The notes: generated by a model from the letters alone, not told the origin. Positions 10,242-20,686 are shown, counted from the first letter of the stretch. The stretch: 64,000 nt of DNA from Phyllobacteriaceae bacterium (GCA_023954255.1 JAMLIH010000009.1:4502-68501), one strand, 5' to 3'. Translations and numbers: made by a program.

Positions 10242-11371
10242 AGCATCAGCTTCCCAAATGGGTCGATTATGGCCTCATCCCGCTGCTGAACCTGATCACC
10301 GCCTTTCTGGTGGCCGGGCTTGTCGTGCTGCTTGTCGGCGAAAATCCGTTGGAAGCCGCCTATCTGCTGGTGCGCGGTGCCTTCGGCTATGGCGGCGGCA
10401 TTGGCTACACGCTGTTTTACGCCACCAACTTCATCTTCACCGGCCTGTCGGTGGCGGTGGCCATCCATTGCGGCCTGTTTAACATCGGCTCGGAAGGGCA
10501 GGCCTATGTCGGCGGGATAGGTGTCGCCGCCGCATGCCTGGCACTCGACCATTACGTGCCATGGTATGTAACCTTTCCGTTTGCCGTTCTCGGCGCGGCG
10601 GCTTTCGGGGCCGCCTGGGCGTTCATTCCCGCCTGGCTGCAGGCAAAGCGCGGCAGTCACGTGGTCATCACCACCATCATGTTCAATTTCATCGCTTCCG
10701 CATTGATGATCTATCTGCTGGTGGAGGTCTTCAAGCCGGCCGGCTCCATGGCGCCGGAGACGCGAACCTTCGAATCCGGCGGGCAACTGCCCAAGCTCGA
10801 CTGGCTGTTTGAACTGTTCGGCACCTCGCTCGGAGGCGCGCCGTTCAACATTTCTTTCCTACTGGCGCTGCTCGCCTGCTGGGCGGTCTGGCTGCTGATC
10901 TGGCGCACCCGCCTCGGCTATGAGATCCGCACCACCGGCATCAACCCTACCGCAGCCGTCTATGCCGGCATCCCGCAGGTGCGCACCATCGTCATCGCCA
11001 TGCTGATTTCCGGCGCGCTTGCCGGCATGATGGGGCTCAACCCGATCATGGGTGACCAGTACCGCTTGCAGGAGAGCTTTCCCGCAGGTGCGGGCTTCGT
11101 CGGCATTGCCGTCTCACTGATGGGCCGCAACCACCCCGTCGGAATCATATTCGCCGCCATTCTCTTCGGCATGTTGTGGCAGGGTGGCGCCGAGCTTGCC
11201 TTCGACATGCCGAAAATCTCCCGCGACATGATCGTCGTCATCCAGGGACTGGTGATCCTGTTTGCCGGTGCACTCGAACACATGTACCGCCCGGCGCTGG
11301 CGGGCTTCTTCAACCGGCGTGACCACCGGACGGACAGTTCGGCTGTTCCGGGTACCGGGGAGGCCGGGTGA
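10238..11371 (+). CDS. Nucleoside ABC transporter permease 1
   Basis: Multi-TM protein; GLFNIGSEGQ, RTRLGYEIR and MGRNHPVG motifs. Confidence 0.93.
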   Translation: MKHQLPKWVDYGLIPLLNLITAFLVAGLVVLLVGENPLEAAYLLVRGAFGYGGGIGYTLFYATNFIFTGLSVAVAIHCGLFNIGSEGQAYVGGIGVAAACLALDHYVPWYVTFPFAVLGAAAFGAAWAFIPAWLQAKRGSHVVITTIMFNFIASALMIYLLVEVFKPAGSMAPETRTFESGGQLPKLDWLFELFGTSLGGAPFNISFLLALLACWAVWLLIWRTRLGYEIRTTGINPTAAVYAGIPQVRTIVIAMLISGALAGMMGLNPIMGDQYRLQESFPAGAGFVGIAVSLMGRNHPVGIIFAAILFGMLWQGGAELAFDMPKISRDMIVVIQGLVILFAGALEHMYRPALAGFFNRRDHRTDSSAVPGTGEAG

Positions 11372-12339
11372 TGGATTTTCTCAGCCTGCTTCAGATACTC
11401 GATTCGACCGTTCGCCTGTCGACGCCGCTCCTGCTGGCAGCCCTTGCCGGCCTGTATTCGGAGCGCTCGGGTGTCTTCGACATCGGCCTTGAGGGCAAGA
11501 TGCTGGGCGGCGCCTTCGCCGCAGCCGCAGCCGCCGTCATCTTCGGCAATCCCTGGATCGCACTGCTCTTCGCCCTGCTGACCTCGCTCGGACTTGGCGT
11601 CGTCCATGCCTTTGCCTCGATCACGGTGAAGGGAAACCAGATCGTCTCCGGCGTTGCGATCAACTTCATTGCGGCGGGCCTGACCGCGCTGCTCGGCCAG
11701 AGCTGGTTCGGCCAGGGCGGGCGCACGCCGCAGATCGGTCAGGAGGCGCGCTTCAACCCGGTCGAACTGCCGGGTTCCGAGGCGCTTTCCGGCATTCCCT
11801 TGCTGGGACCCATCTACCGCGACCTGATCTCCGGGCATAACGTCATTGTCTATTTCGCCTTCCTCATGGTGCCCGCCACCTGGTGGGTGATCTTCAGGAC
11901 ACGCTTCGGCCTGCGGCTTCGCGCTGTCGGCGAAAACCCGGCCGCCGTCGACACCGCCGGCATCAACGTGGTCTGGGCGCGCTACCGTGCGGTAATGATC
12001 TGCGGCCTGCTGTGCGGCTTTGCAGGTGCGTATCTCTCAATCGGCCTGTCGGCGGGCTTCGTCCAGAACATGACTGCCGGCAAGGGCTTCATCGCACTCG
12101 CCGCCCTGATCTTCGCCAAGTGGCGGCCGCTCAACGCCATGTGGGCCTGCCTGCTGTTCGGTTTTCTGGATGCGGTGGCAATCCGCCTTCAGGGTGTGCC
12201 GCTGCCGCTCGTCGGCGCGGTACCGGTGCAGTTCATCCAGGCGCTGCCCTATATCCTGACCGTCGTCCTGCTGGCCGGTTTCATCGGCAAGGCCGTGCCG
12301 CCAAAGGCCGGCGGCGTGCCCTATACCAAGGAGCGGTGA
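11368..12339 (+). CDS. Nucleoside ABC transporter permease 2
   Basis: SERSGVFDIGLEG, RTRFGLRLRAVGENP and GKGFIALAALIF motifs. Confidence 0.93.
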   Translation: MMDFLSLLQILDSTVRLSTPLLLAALAGLYSERSGVFDIGLEGKMLGGAFAAAAAAVIFGNPWIALLFALLTSLGLGVVHAFASITVKGNQIVSGVAINFIAAGLTALLGQSWFGQGGRTPQIGQEARFNPVELPGSEALSGIPLLGPIYRDLISGHNVIVYFAFLMVPATWWVIFRTRFGLRLRAVGENPAAVDTAGINVVWARYRAVMICGLLCGFAGAYLSIGLSAGFVQNMTAGKGFIALAALIFAKWRPLNAMWACLLFGFLDAVAIRLQGVPLPLVGAVPVQFIQALPYILTVVLLAGFIGKAVPPKAGGVPYTKER

Positions 12340-12746
12340 TGGCCAAGGACCTGCACAAACTGGCACTTGAAGCCGCCACCCATGCCCATGCGCCGTATTC
12401 CGACTTTCCGGTCGGCGCCGCGATCCGCACCGTCGACGGCCGCACCTATGCCGGCTGCAATGTGGAAAACGCGTCCTACCCCGAAGGCTGGTGCGCGGAA
12501 ACCAGCGCCATCGCCCATATGGTGATGGATGGCGGCGGAAAGATCGCCGAAGTGGCGGTGCTTGGCCTCAAGGCCGAATTATGCACGCCCTGCGGCGGCT
12601 GCCGCCAGCGGCTTGCCGAATTTGGCGCGGCTGAAACGAAGGTGCATCTCTGCAACAGGGATGGATTGGTTGAAACCGTGACCCTGGGCGATCTGCTGCC
12701 CTTCGCTTTTGGCATGAGGGCTTTGGGCATGGAAGAAAAGTCGTGA
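12339..12746 (+). CDS. cdd: Cytidine deaminase
   Basis: True start MAKDLHK at 12339 overlaps the upstream stop; APYSDFPVGAA, GCNVENASYPEGWCAE and PCGGCRQ zinc motifs. Confidence 0.95.
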   Translation: MAKDLHKLALEAATHAHAPYSDFPVGAAIRTVDGRTYAGCNVENASYPEGWCAETSAIAHMVMDGGGKIAEVAVLGLKAELCTPCGGCRQRLAEFGAAETKVHLCNRDGLVETVTLGDLLPFAFGMRALGMEEKS

Positions 12747-13543
12747 AAGCCGCAACGAAAACCCTGATCGAGCGCCTCGATGGCCTGGCGCCGCAAACCG
12801 CCCTGGTGCTGGGTTCGGGGCTTGGCGCATTGGCCAGCCAGGTAACCGGTGCCATCCGTATCCCCTATGGCGATCTGGAGGGCTTTCCAGCAGGCGGCGT
12901 CTCCGGCCACGCAGGCGAGGTGGTGGCAGGCCATATCGGTCATGCGCAGGTCATCCTGTTGTCGGGCAGGGTGCATTACTATGAACACGGCAACGCCGCT
13001 GCCATGCGCTTGCCGATTGAATGTCTTGCCGACATCGGCGTCAAGAAACTGGTCCTGACCAATTCGGCAGGTTCCCTGCGCGAGGACATGCCGCCCGGCT
13101 CCGTCATGCTGATCACCGATCACATCAACTGGTCCGGCATGAATCCGCTGATCGGCGAACCAGGCGACCGCCGATTTGTCGGCATGACCAATGCCTATGA
13201 TGCGGACATGATGGACCGAGCGCGCGGTGTGGCGAGACGGCAGGATATAGCGCTTCACGAAGGCATCTACATGTGGTTTTCGGGACCAAGTTTCGAAACG
13301 CCGGCTGAAATCCGCATGGCCCGCCAGTTGGGCGCCGATGCGGTGGGCATGTCCACCGTGCCGGAAGTCATTCTCGCCCGCTTTGCCGGGCTGGATGTGG
13401 CCGCCTTTTCGGTCATCACCAATTTCGGCGCCGGCATGACGGGGGCGGAGCTTTCCCATGAAGAAACCAAGGAAATGGCGCCGAAGGGCGGCGAGCGCCT
13501 TGGCCGGCTGATTGCCGTCATGCTGCAGGAGAACCGGCCATGA
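12743..13543 (+). CDS. punA: Purine-nucleoside phosphorylase (trimeric type)
   Basis: LVLGSGLG, GRVHYYE, GPSFETPAE and GADAVGMSTVPE motifs. Confidence 0.94.
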   Translation: MKAATKTLIERLDGLAPQTALVLGSGLGALASQVTGAIRIPYGDLEGFPAGGVSGHAGEVVAGHIGHAQVILLSGRVHYYEHGNAAAMRLPIECLADIGVKKLVLTNSAGSLREDMPPGSVMLITDHINWSGMNPLIGEPGDRRFVGMTNAYDADMMDRARGVARRQDIALHEGIYMWFSGPSFETPAEIRMARQLGADAVGMSTVPEVILARFAGLDVAAFSVITNFGAGMTGAELSHEETKEMAPKGGERLGRLIAVMLQENRP

Positions 13544-14322
13544 CCCCCGAGGAAAGGCATCTGAAGAAGGCTGCCGCGAAGGCAATCGGCCTGCTCGATC
13601 TGACCAACCTCAACGATGATTGCACCGCAGCCGACATCGAGGATCTCTGCCGGCGTGCGGTTACGCCTCACGGCAAGGTGGCTGCCATCTGCATCTGGAA
13701 GGAGCATATCCCCCAGGCAAAGGCGCTGCTCAGGGACAGCGGCATCCGCATCGCCACGGTGGTGAACTTTCCTCATGGCGGAACAGATGTGGATGCCGTC
13801 CTTGCCGAAACGCGACAGGCTATCGCGGACGGAGCCGACGAGATCGATCTGGTATTGCCCTACCGGGCATTGATAGCGGGTGCCGAGGGCGTTGCTACCT
13901 ACATGGTGAAAGCCGTGCGCAAGGTCTGCGGCAGGAAGGCGCTGCTCAAGGTCATTCTGGAAACCGGCGAACTGGGTGACGAAAAGCTGATCCGCAAAGC
14001 ATCCCGTCTGGCGATCGATGCCGGCGCCGATTTCATCAAGACCTCGACCGGCAAGGTGGCGGTCAATGCCACGCCGGAAACTGCCGAGATCATGCTGAAG
14101 GTCATCCGCAAGCATGGAAGCAGACACAAGACCGGCTTCAAACCGGCAGGCGGTATCAGGACGACTGCGGATGCAGTCGCCTATCTCGATCTCGCCCGCA
14201 ACATCATGGGCAAGAACTGGGCAAAGCCGCGCACCATGCGGTTCGGAGCCTCGGGCGTTCTGGCCGACCTGATGGCGACGCTGGATGGTGCTGAAAGTGA
14301 AAAGCCAGGCGGGGGCTACTGA
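13540..14322 (+). CDS. deoC: Deoxyribose-phosphate aldolase
   Basis: ATVVNFPHG, KVILETGEL, DFIKTSTGK and GFKPAGG motifs. Confidence 0.96.
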   Translation: MTPEERHLKKAAAKAIGLLDLTNLNDDCTAADIEDLCRRAVTPHGKVAAICIWKEHIPQAKALLRDSGIRIATVVNFPHGGTDVDAVLAETRQAIADGADEIDLVLPYRALIAGAEGVATYMVKAVRKVCGRKALLKVILETGELGDEKLIRKASRLAIDAGADFIKTSTGKVAVNATPETAEIMLKVIRKHGSRHKTGFKPAGGIRTTADAVAYLDLARNIMGKNWAKPRTMRFGASGVLADLMATLDGAESEKPGGGY

Positions 14323-14324
14323 AC

Positions 14325-15635
14325 GTGCTGCCCCAGGAGATCATCCGCGCCAAGCGTGACGGCAAGGTGCTGCAGGCGGACGCGATTGCCGAATTTGTTG
14401 CCGGTGTAACGGATGGCAAGGTCTCCGAAGGCCAGGTCGCTGCCCTCGCCATGGTGGTCTTTCTCAACGGCATGTCCCGCGACGAGGCGGTTGCGCTGAC
14501 GCTTGCCATGCGCGATTCGGGAGACGTGCTCGACTGGTCGGATTTTCCAGGTCCCGTGGTCGACAAGCATTCGACGGGCGGCGTGGGCGACAACGTTTCC
14601 CTGATGCTGGCGCCGGCGATTGCTGCCTGCGGGGCGTATAACCCGATGATCTCCGGCCGCGGCCTCGGCCACACCGGCGGCACGCTCGACAAGTTCGAGT
14701 CGATCCCCGGCTACACCACCCAGCCCGACAATGCCCTGTTCCGCAAGGTGGTGCGCGAGGTGGGCTGCGCGGTGATCGGCCAGACGGGGAACCTCGCGCC
14801 TGCCGACAAGGTGATCTACGGCATCCGCGATGTGACGGCGACGGTCGAAAGCGTACCGCTGATCACCGCTTCAATTCTCTCCAAGAAACTTGCCGCCGGG
14901 CTCGATGCATTGGTACTCGATGTCAAGGTGGGTTCCGGCGCCTTCATGGATGACCTTGCAAAGGCGCGTGAACTGGCAACCTCGCTGGTGGAGGTCGCCA
15001 ATGGCGCCGGGCTGAAGACTACGGCTCTGCTGACCGGCATGGATCATCCGCTGGCCTCGAGCGCTGGTAATGCAGTGGAGATGCGCAATGCGGTGGACTT
15101 CCTGACCGGCACGGCGCGCGATCCGGCCCTGTACGAGGTTACAGTGGCGCTTGGCGCCGAAATGCTGGTTTCCGGCGGCATCGCCGATGATGCTGCCGAT
15201 GGCGCGCGGCGCATGGAGGAAGCCTTCACCAGCGGTGCGGCGGCAGAGCGCTTTGCGCAGATGGTGTCGGCACTCGGCGGGCCATCCGATTTCATCGAGC
15301 GGATGGATGCCTATCTTGAAATGCCGCCGGTGCGCCGCCCGCTCATGGCGGGGCCGGAGCACAAGCATCTTGCCGGAGATCTCGGTTTCGACACCCGCCA
15401 GATCGGCCTTGCCGTGGTGGAACTTGGAGGCGGGCGCACCCGCCCGCAGGATCCGGTGGATCATGCGGTGGGATTGACCGCCATTGCCGGCAGGGAGTGG
15501 AACGGCGAAAGCCCGATCTGCGAGATCTGGGCGCGTGACGAGGCGACGGTCGACCGTGCCGGACAGCGCATTCTCGCCGCCCTTCGTGAGGCAGTTCCGG
15601 CTGCCGGCACCGTTCTTGAGCGCGTCACCGTTTAG
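14325..15635 (+). CDS. deoA: Thymidine phosphorylase
   Basis: VDKHSTGGVGD, SGRGLGHTGGTLDK and ASILSKKLAAG motifs. Confidence 0.96.
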   Translation: MLPQEIIRAKRDGKVLQADAIAEFVAGVTDGKVSEGQVAALAMVVFLNGMSRDEAVALTLAMRDSGDVLDWSDFPGPVVDKHSTGGVGDNVSLMLAPAIAACGAYNPMISGRGLGHTGGTLDKFESIPGYTTQPDNALFRKVVREVGCAVIGQTGNLAPADKVIYGIRDVTATVESVPLITASILSKKLAAGLDALVLDVKVGSGAFMDDLAKARELATSLVEVANGAGLKTTALLTGMDHPLASSAGNAVEMRNAVDFLTGTARDPALYEVTVALGAEMLVSGGIADDAADGARRMEEAFTSGAAAERFAQMVSALGGPSDFIERMDAYLEMPPVRRPLMAGPEHKHLAGDLGFDTRQIGLAVVELGGGRTRPQDPVDHAVGLTAIAGREWNGESPICEIWARDEATVDRAGQRILAALREAVPAAGTVLERVTV

Positions 15636-16242
15636 CCGAGAACAGATCGAGCAATAGTTCGACCACCCGTTGGGAATGAACGGTGATCGCCTCACGCGGC
15701 GGTGCCTGGGTAATGCCGATAACCCGGCGGATCTGGATGTCGCCCAGCAGCAGGGCGAGGTAGATTTCGGTGATTTCCAGCGGATCGTGAGCACGCAACC
15801 GGCCAGCTTGCTGGGCTGTTGCAATCGTCTGGGCAACCAGCGGAACCATGCGAGACCTGCCATGCTCGGAAAGCAGCTTTCCGAGCAGACCACCGTCGGC
15901 AACATCAGCCGCCGCAGCCCGGTTGAGCAGGACGGAGCGCTCGCCGGTCAGGAGATCGAGCAGCTTGCTGCCGAACTTCTCCAGTCTGGCAACGGGATCG
16001 GAGCCCCTGCCCGACGGACCTGCTGTGAAATCCTCCAGTTCGCTGGCTACCTGGTCGGCGTTGTCCTTGATCATGGCGGCAAGCAGACCCTGCTTGTTGC
16101 CATACCAGTTGTACATGGTCTCGTTCGAGGCACCGGCCGCCTTGGCGATGGCGAGCATGGAGGCGCTCTTGAAGCCCTTCTCCATCAGGACCTTGTACGC
16201 TGCCTCGAATATCTGGCGTTCCCGTTCGGTTTTGTCCTTCAT
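15625..16242 (-). CDS. TetR/AcrR family transcriptional regulator
   Basis: N-terminal HTH GFKSASMLAIAKAAGASNETMYNWYGNKQGL; the 3' end overlaps deoA by 11 nt. Confidence 0.92.
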   Translation of the reverse strand: MKDKTERERQIFEAAYKVLMEKGFKSASMLAIAKAAGASNETMYNWYGNKQGLLAAMIKDNADQVASELEDFTAGPSGRGSDPVARLEKFGSKLLDLLTGERSVLLNRAAAADVADGGLLGKLLSEHGRSRMVPLVAQTIATAQQAGRLRAHDPLEITEIYLALLLGDIQIRRVIGITQAPPREAITVHSQRVVELLLDLFSAKR

Positions 16243-16272
16243 GGGCCGGTCTCATTCGCTGTTGCAATTTTA

Positions 16273-16317
16273 CCGTAGTCATGTATACGGATTTGTCAAA
16301 CGTACAAATATATACGG
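16273..16317. promoter_or_regulatory. Two tandem palindromic operators, CCGTA-N8-TACGG (16273-16290) and ACGTA-N8-TACGG (16300-16317)
   Basis: Read directly in the 94-bp AT-rich gap between the tetR gene and its divergent neighbour. Confidence 0.65.
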
Positions 16318-16336
16318 ATAGACAAGGAGAAGGATC

Positions 16337-16738
16337 ATGAGCGACATTGTTGTTTCACACGGTAAGTCGAAGGATTTGGATCGGCAGGGCCTGGCCATTC
16401 TGGCCATCCTGCAATTGCTGATGCTGGCAGCTCTTTACTCGCGGACGGAACCCCATCCGCCGCTTGCCATTCCGCTTTTTGCGCTTGCACCCTTCCTGTC
16501 GGCTTCGATCGCACTTGCGGTTGCTGGTTTGCTGGCGCCTGGCCGTTGGCTGTCACTGGCAGCCTGTGTGACGGCCCTGATAAGCTTCGGACCGCAGAAA
16601 TGGTTCGATGCGGCGTTTCCCCAGATCTGGCCGGCAGTCATCCTGGCGCAGATAGCCGTGGCGATGGTCGCGTTCTCTCTGTTTTGCAACCGGCAGCAAA
16701 CGCGCGCTGCGCGGGGCAGTGTAAAGGGCGGTGCTTGA
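16337..16738 (+). CDS. Small multi-pass membrane protein of unknown function
   Basis: GGAG RBS; about four hydrophobic segments; PHPP and SFGPQKWFD motifs. Confidence 0.75.
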   Translation: MSDIVVSHGKSKDLDRQGLAILAILQLLMLAALYSRTEPHPPLAIPLFALAPFLSASIALAVAGLLAPGRWLSLAACVTALISFGPQKWFDAAFPQIWPAVILAQIAVAMVAFSLFCNRQQTRAARGSVKGGA

Positions 16739-16744
16739 CCGCCC

Positions 16745-18259
16745 CTACTTCAGCGGGTCCACTTCCTCGTGCTGCGAAAGAACGCCTTCGAGTGCTGCGA
16801 GCATTGCATCACGGCGTTCGGCCGTGACCGGGCTTTCCACCACCACCACCAGCTTGGGTTCGTTGGAAGAAGCGCGGATCAGCCCCCAGGTACCGTCTTC
16901 GGCCACCACCCGCACACCATTGACGGTGATGAGATCGCGGATCTGCCCGCCAGCAAAGATTTCGCCATTCCTCCGCATCGTCTCGAAGGATGCGATGATC
17001 TTGTCCACCACGTCATATTTTGTCTCGTCGGCGCAATAGGGCGAATAGGTCGGAGCATCATGGGTAACCGGCAGCGCCCGGCGCAGATCGGCCATGGACT
17101 TTTCCGGGTTGCGGTCGAGCATGTCGCAGACGGCGATCGCCGTGACGATGCCGTCGTCATAGCCGCGCCCGATGGGGTGGTTGAAGAAGAAATGGCCTGA
17201 TTTCTCAAACCCGGCTATGGCGCCGAGATCGTTGACCCGCCGCTTGATGTAGGAATGGCCGGTCTTGAAATAATCGGTCTTCGCGCCCTGCTGCAGCAGC
17301 ACGGGATCGGTCAGGAACAATCCGGTCGATTTCACATCAACGACAAATTGCTTGTTGTCATGCACGGCGGAAATGTCGCGTGCCAGCATGACGCCCACCT
17401 TGTCGGCGAAAATCTCCTCGCCTTCATTGTCCACCACGCCGCAGCGGTCGCCATCGCCATCAAAACCGAGCGCCAGGTCGGCACCGCTCTCGCGCACCCG
17501 GTCGGCCATGGCATGCAGCATCTTCATCGATTCCGGGTTCGGATTGTAGTTGGGGAAGGCGTGATCGAGCTCGCAATCCATCTCGACGACATCGACACCG
17601 AGGCGTTTGAGCACCTGTGGCGCAAAGGCACCTGCCGTCCCGTTGCCGCAGGCGGCAATGGCGCGGATTTTGCGGCTGAACGGTTTGCGGTTCGTCAGGT
17701 CGGCGATGTAGCGCTCGGCAAAGCCCTCGATGAATTCGTAGCTGCCGCCACCGGCAAGCTTGTATTCGCCATTGAGCACGATCTCCCTGAGCCGCCCCAT
17801 CTCGTCCGGTCCGAAGGTCAGCGGCCGCGCAGCGCCCATCTTCACCCCGGTCCAGCCATTGTCGTTGTGCGAGGCGGTGACCATGGCAACCGACGGCGCA
17901 TCGAGATCGAACTGGGCGAAATAGGCAACGGGTGAAAGCGCCAGCCCGATGTCCTTAACCTCTGCGCCGGCAGCCAGGAGACCGGCAACCAGCGCCTGCT
18001 TGATCGACAGCGAATAGGAACGGTAATCGTGGCCGGTGACGATCTTTGGTCCCGCGCCCAGTTCGCGGATCAGCGTGCCGAGACCCATGCCGAGCGCCTG
18101 AACGCCCATCAGGTTGAGTTCGGGATCACGTTCCGAGGAGGGATGGCCGAACCACCAGCGGGCATCGTATTCGCGAAAGCCGGTGGCCTTGACCAGCGGA
18201 GTGATTTCAAAGGCATGGGTGTTCGGGGTCAGCTGCCCGACGGGCTTTGGAAAAGGCAT
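16745..18259 (-). CDS. Phosphomannomutase/phosphoglucomutase
   Basis: FREYDAR, phosphoserine loop TASHN, metal loop FDGDGDR, GFEKSGH and RASSNEP. Confidence 0.95.
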   Translation of the reverse strand: MPFPKPVGQLTPNTHAFEITPLVKATGFREYDARWWFGHPSSERDPELNLMGVQALGMGLGTLIRELGAGPKIVTGHDYRSYSLSIKQALVAGLLAAGAEVKDIGLALSPVAYFAQFDLDAPSVAMVTASHNDNGWTGVKMGAARPLTFGPDEMGRLREIVLNGEYKLAGGGSYEFIEGFAERYIADLTNRKPFSRKIRAIAACGNGTAGAFAPQVLKRLGVDVVEMDCELDHAFPNYNPNPESMKMLHAMADRVRESGADLALGFDGDGDRCGVVDNEGEEIFADKVGVMLARDISAVHDNKQFVVDVKSTGLFLTDPVLLQQGAKTDYFKTGHSYIKRRVNDLGAIAGFEKSGHFFFNHPIGRGYDDGIVTAIAVCDMLDRNPEKSMADLRRALPVTHDAPTYSPYCADETKYDVVDKIIASFETMRRNGEIFAGGQIRDLITVNGVRVVAEDGTWGLIRASSNEPKLVVVVESPVTAERRDAMLAALEGVLSQHEEVDPLK

Positions 18260-18334
18260 GTGAACTCCATCGCATCCGGCCTTTTCGGATTTGCGCCGGA
18301 TGTGGGGGTTGCAACGGGCGGATTATTCCGCCGG

Positions 18335-18883
18335 TTACTGGATGAGTATCAGTTCATTACCGCTGATTTCAAACTTCTTGAGCTTTTTCAAGAAGGACAT
18401 GCCAAGCAGCACCGTGTTCAGCGCCTCGTCGCGGGACACCGAAGCCTGGACATTCTGCACGCGGACCCGTCCGATCTGGATTTCCTCGATGACCGCGGCT
18501 GCCGCATAGGTGATGCCGTTGGCCGTGCGGACCTTGTATTTGAAGTCGCTGTTCTTCAGCCGGATGCCGAGGCGGCGGGCGAGCGATTCGTTGATCGCCA
18601 CATAGGTCGCGCCGGTATCCACCAGCACTTCCTCATTGCGGCCGTTCATCTTTGCATCGGTGACGAAATGGCCGCGCGAATCCATGGCGATTCGCGCCTT
18701 GCGGCCGTCGAGCGGGTTGAAACTGTCTTTCTTCCTCGGTGTCTCGGCACTGGCAATCTGCTGTTCCCGCTGAACCGCCGGACGCCCGGCCTGTTCGCTT
18801 TCCTCGATGCTTGTATCGAGAAATTTCGGAACGGCGATGGCACTGGCAATCACGAGGCCTGCAAGGGTGAGGTATTTTTCCAT
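18335..18883 (-). CDS. Clan AA (retropepsin-like, TIGR02281/PerP-type) aspartic protease with N-terminal anchor
   Basis: GHFVTDAKMNG, LVDTGAT, TANG and LLGMSFL motifs. Confidence 0.92.
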   Translation of the reverse strand: MEKYLTLAGLVIASAIAVPKFLDTSIEESEQAGRPAVQREQQIASAETPRKKDSFNPLDGRKARIAMDSRGHFVTDAKMNGRNEEVLVDTGATYVAINESLARRLGIRLKNSDFKYKVRTANGITYAAAAVIEEIQIGRVRVQNVQASVSRDEALNTVLLGMSFLKKLKKFEISGNELILIQ

Positions 18884-18935
18884 TCTGATTTCCCGGCAAC
18901 GAACGGCATTTGCCGCGAATTCTAGGAAATCGGCG

Positions 18936-19011
18936 CTAACCCGGCCTTAAAAGTCCGGTTTTCGGCGGGCAGGAGACGTCACTTTTCGTGGCAGGGTAAA
19001 CCGGCGGTTAA
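18936..19011. promoter_or_regulatory. Two CtrA-like boxes: CTAA-N7-TTAA (18936-18950) and TAAA-N7-TTAA (18997-19011)
   Basis: Each has one mismatch to TTAA-N7-TTAA; both lie upstream of the aspartic protease gene. Confidence 0.5.
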
Positions 19012-19020
19012 CGGCCTGCG

Positions 19021-19650
19021 CTACTTCGTGCCATACATCCGGTCGCCGGCATCGCCCAGCCCGGGAACGATATAGCCTTTCTCGTTGAGATGGCTGTCGA
19101 CGGCGGCGGTGAAGATCGGCACGTCAGGCTGGGCCTTCTGGAAAGCGGCGATGCCTTCGGGGGCCGCCAGCAGGCACAAAAAGCGGATATTGGTCGCGCC
19201 GCGCTCCTTGAGCTTTTCGATCGCCGCGGTGGCGGAGTTCGCGGTCGCCAGCATCGGATCGACCACGATCACCAGCCGGTCGTCGAGGTCGTCAGGCGCC
19301 TTGAAATAGTATTCGATCGCCTCCAGCGTGTCATGATCACGGTAAAGCCCGACATGGGCCACCCTTGCAGACGGCACCAGGTCCAGCATGCCTTCCAGCA
19401 GTCCGTTGCCTGCCCGCAGGATCGAGGCGAACACCAGCTTCTTGCCGGCGATAGTGGGCGCCTGCATCGGGCCGAGCGGTGTTTCGATCTCTTTCGTCGT
19501 CAGGGCCAGATCGCGCGTCACCTCGTAGCACAGCAGCAGCGAGATTTCCCGCAACAGCCTGCGGAAGGAGCCGGTGGAGGTTTCCTTGTCACGCATGATG
19601 GTGAGTTTGTGCTGGACAAGCGGATGATCGACGACGGTAAGGCTTTTCAT
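19021..19650 (-). CDS. upp: Uracil phosphoribosyltransferase
   Basis: [25 protein letters not shown] and [13 protein letters not shown]. Start re-set to MKSLT. Confidence 0.97.
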   Translation of the reverse strand: MKSLTVVDHPLVQHKLTIMRDKETSTGSFRRLLREISLLLCYEVTRDLALTTKEIETPLGPMQAPTIAGKKLVFASILRAGNGLLEGMLDLVPSARVAHVGLYRDHDTLEAIEYYFKAPDDLDDRLVIVVDPMLATANSATAAIEKLKERGATNIRFLCLLAAPEGIAAFQKAQPDVPIFTAAVDSHLNEKGYIVPGLGDAGDRMYGTK

Positions 19651-19696
19651 CGGAACCCTTTGCGGTGAAACGGAATACTGGAACAAAAAGGAAGTT

Positions 19697-20686
19697 TTAC
19701 TCTATCGCGCCCGTTGCATACTTCTCAAGCAAGCGCTTGCGTGTATCCCCATCTACGAACGCTGCCTCGATGGCTGTGCGGGTAAAAGCGAGCAGTGCAT
19801 TATCGTCAAAGCCGAAATCCTTGCCGGCGACGGCATATTCGCTTTCCAGCGTGGTGTGGAAGTGTGGCGGGTCGTCGGAATTGAGCGTTATTCTGCAGCC
19901 TGCCTCGTAGAGCCGGCGCAGGGGATGCGCCTCGACCGAGCTGAAAACGCCAAGCACCAGATTGGAAACGGGGCACACTTCCAGAACGGTGCCGGCTTCG
20001 GCAATCCGCTCGACCAGCGCCGGATTTTCGATCGCCCGCACCCCGTGGCCGATACGGCTGGGCTGCAGGTAATCGAGTGCGGCTTCCACACTGTCCGCCC
20101 CGCCGAACTCCCCGGCATGGCAGGTAATACCAAGCCCGCCATCGCGGGCGATGTCGAAGGCCCTGGCAAACTCCGATGGATGTCCGATGCGCTCGTCACC
20201 GGCCATGCCGAAACCGGTCACCAATGGGTGCGGGTCATTGACCGCCAGCTGGGCCGCCTCTTCCACAGCTCCGGCACCAACATGGCGGATGCCGGTGACG
20301 ATCATGCGGCCCTCGATGCCGGTTGCTGCCCTTGCATTCTCCATGCCTTCGGCAATGGCGGTAACCAGCGTGTTGTAGGAGCAGCCAATGCGTTCGGCAT
20401 GTTCCGGCGAAACGAAAATCTCCGCATAGATGCAATTCTGCCGGGCGAGGTTGAGATAGTGGGTCTCGCTCAGCAGCACATAGTCTTCGGGTGTCCTGAA
20501 CAGGCTCGCCACGAGATCGTAGGTCTCAAGGAACGAGGTGAAATCCGTCCAAAGATAGCCCCTGTCCGCATCGACACGGGCGGAGACATCCACCCCGTAT
20601 TTTGCCGCCTGCGCCAGGGCCACGGCAGGCTCGGCCGCGCCTTCGATATGGCAGTGCAGTTCTGCCTTAGCAACGGAGCGGATCAT
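19697..20686 (-). CDS. add: Adenosine/adenine deaminase
   Basis: [20 protein letters not shown] and LNSDDP motifs. Confidence 0.94.
   Translation of the reverse strand: MIRSVAKAELHCHIEGAAEPAVALAQAAKYGVDVSARVDADRGYLWTDFTSFLETYDLVASLFRTPEDYVLLSETHYLNLARQNCIYAEIFVSPEHAERIGCSYNTLVTAIAEGMENARAATGIEGRMIVTGIRHVGAGAVEEAAQLAVNDPHPLVTGFGMAGDERIGHPSEFARAFDIARDGGLGITCHAGEFGGADSVEAALDYLQPSRIGHGVRAIENPALVERIAEAGTVLEVCPVSNLVLGVFSSVEAHPLRRLYEAGCRITLNSDDPPHFHTTLESEYAVAGKDFGFDDNALLAFTRTAIEAAFVDGDTRKRLLEKYATGAIE

Noticed and set aside
18335-18883. Retropepsin gene as a sign of a retroelement or prophage
   Set aside because: It is a standard chromosomal TIGR02281-type protease, with no RT, integrase or phage genes nearby.
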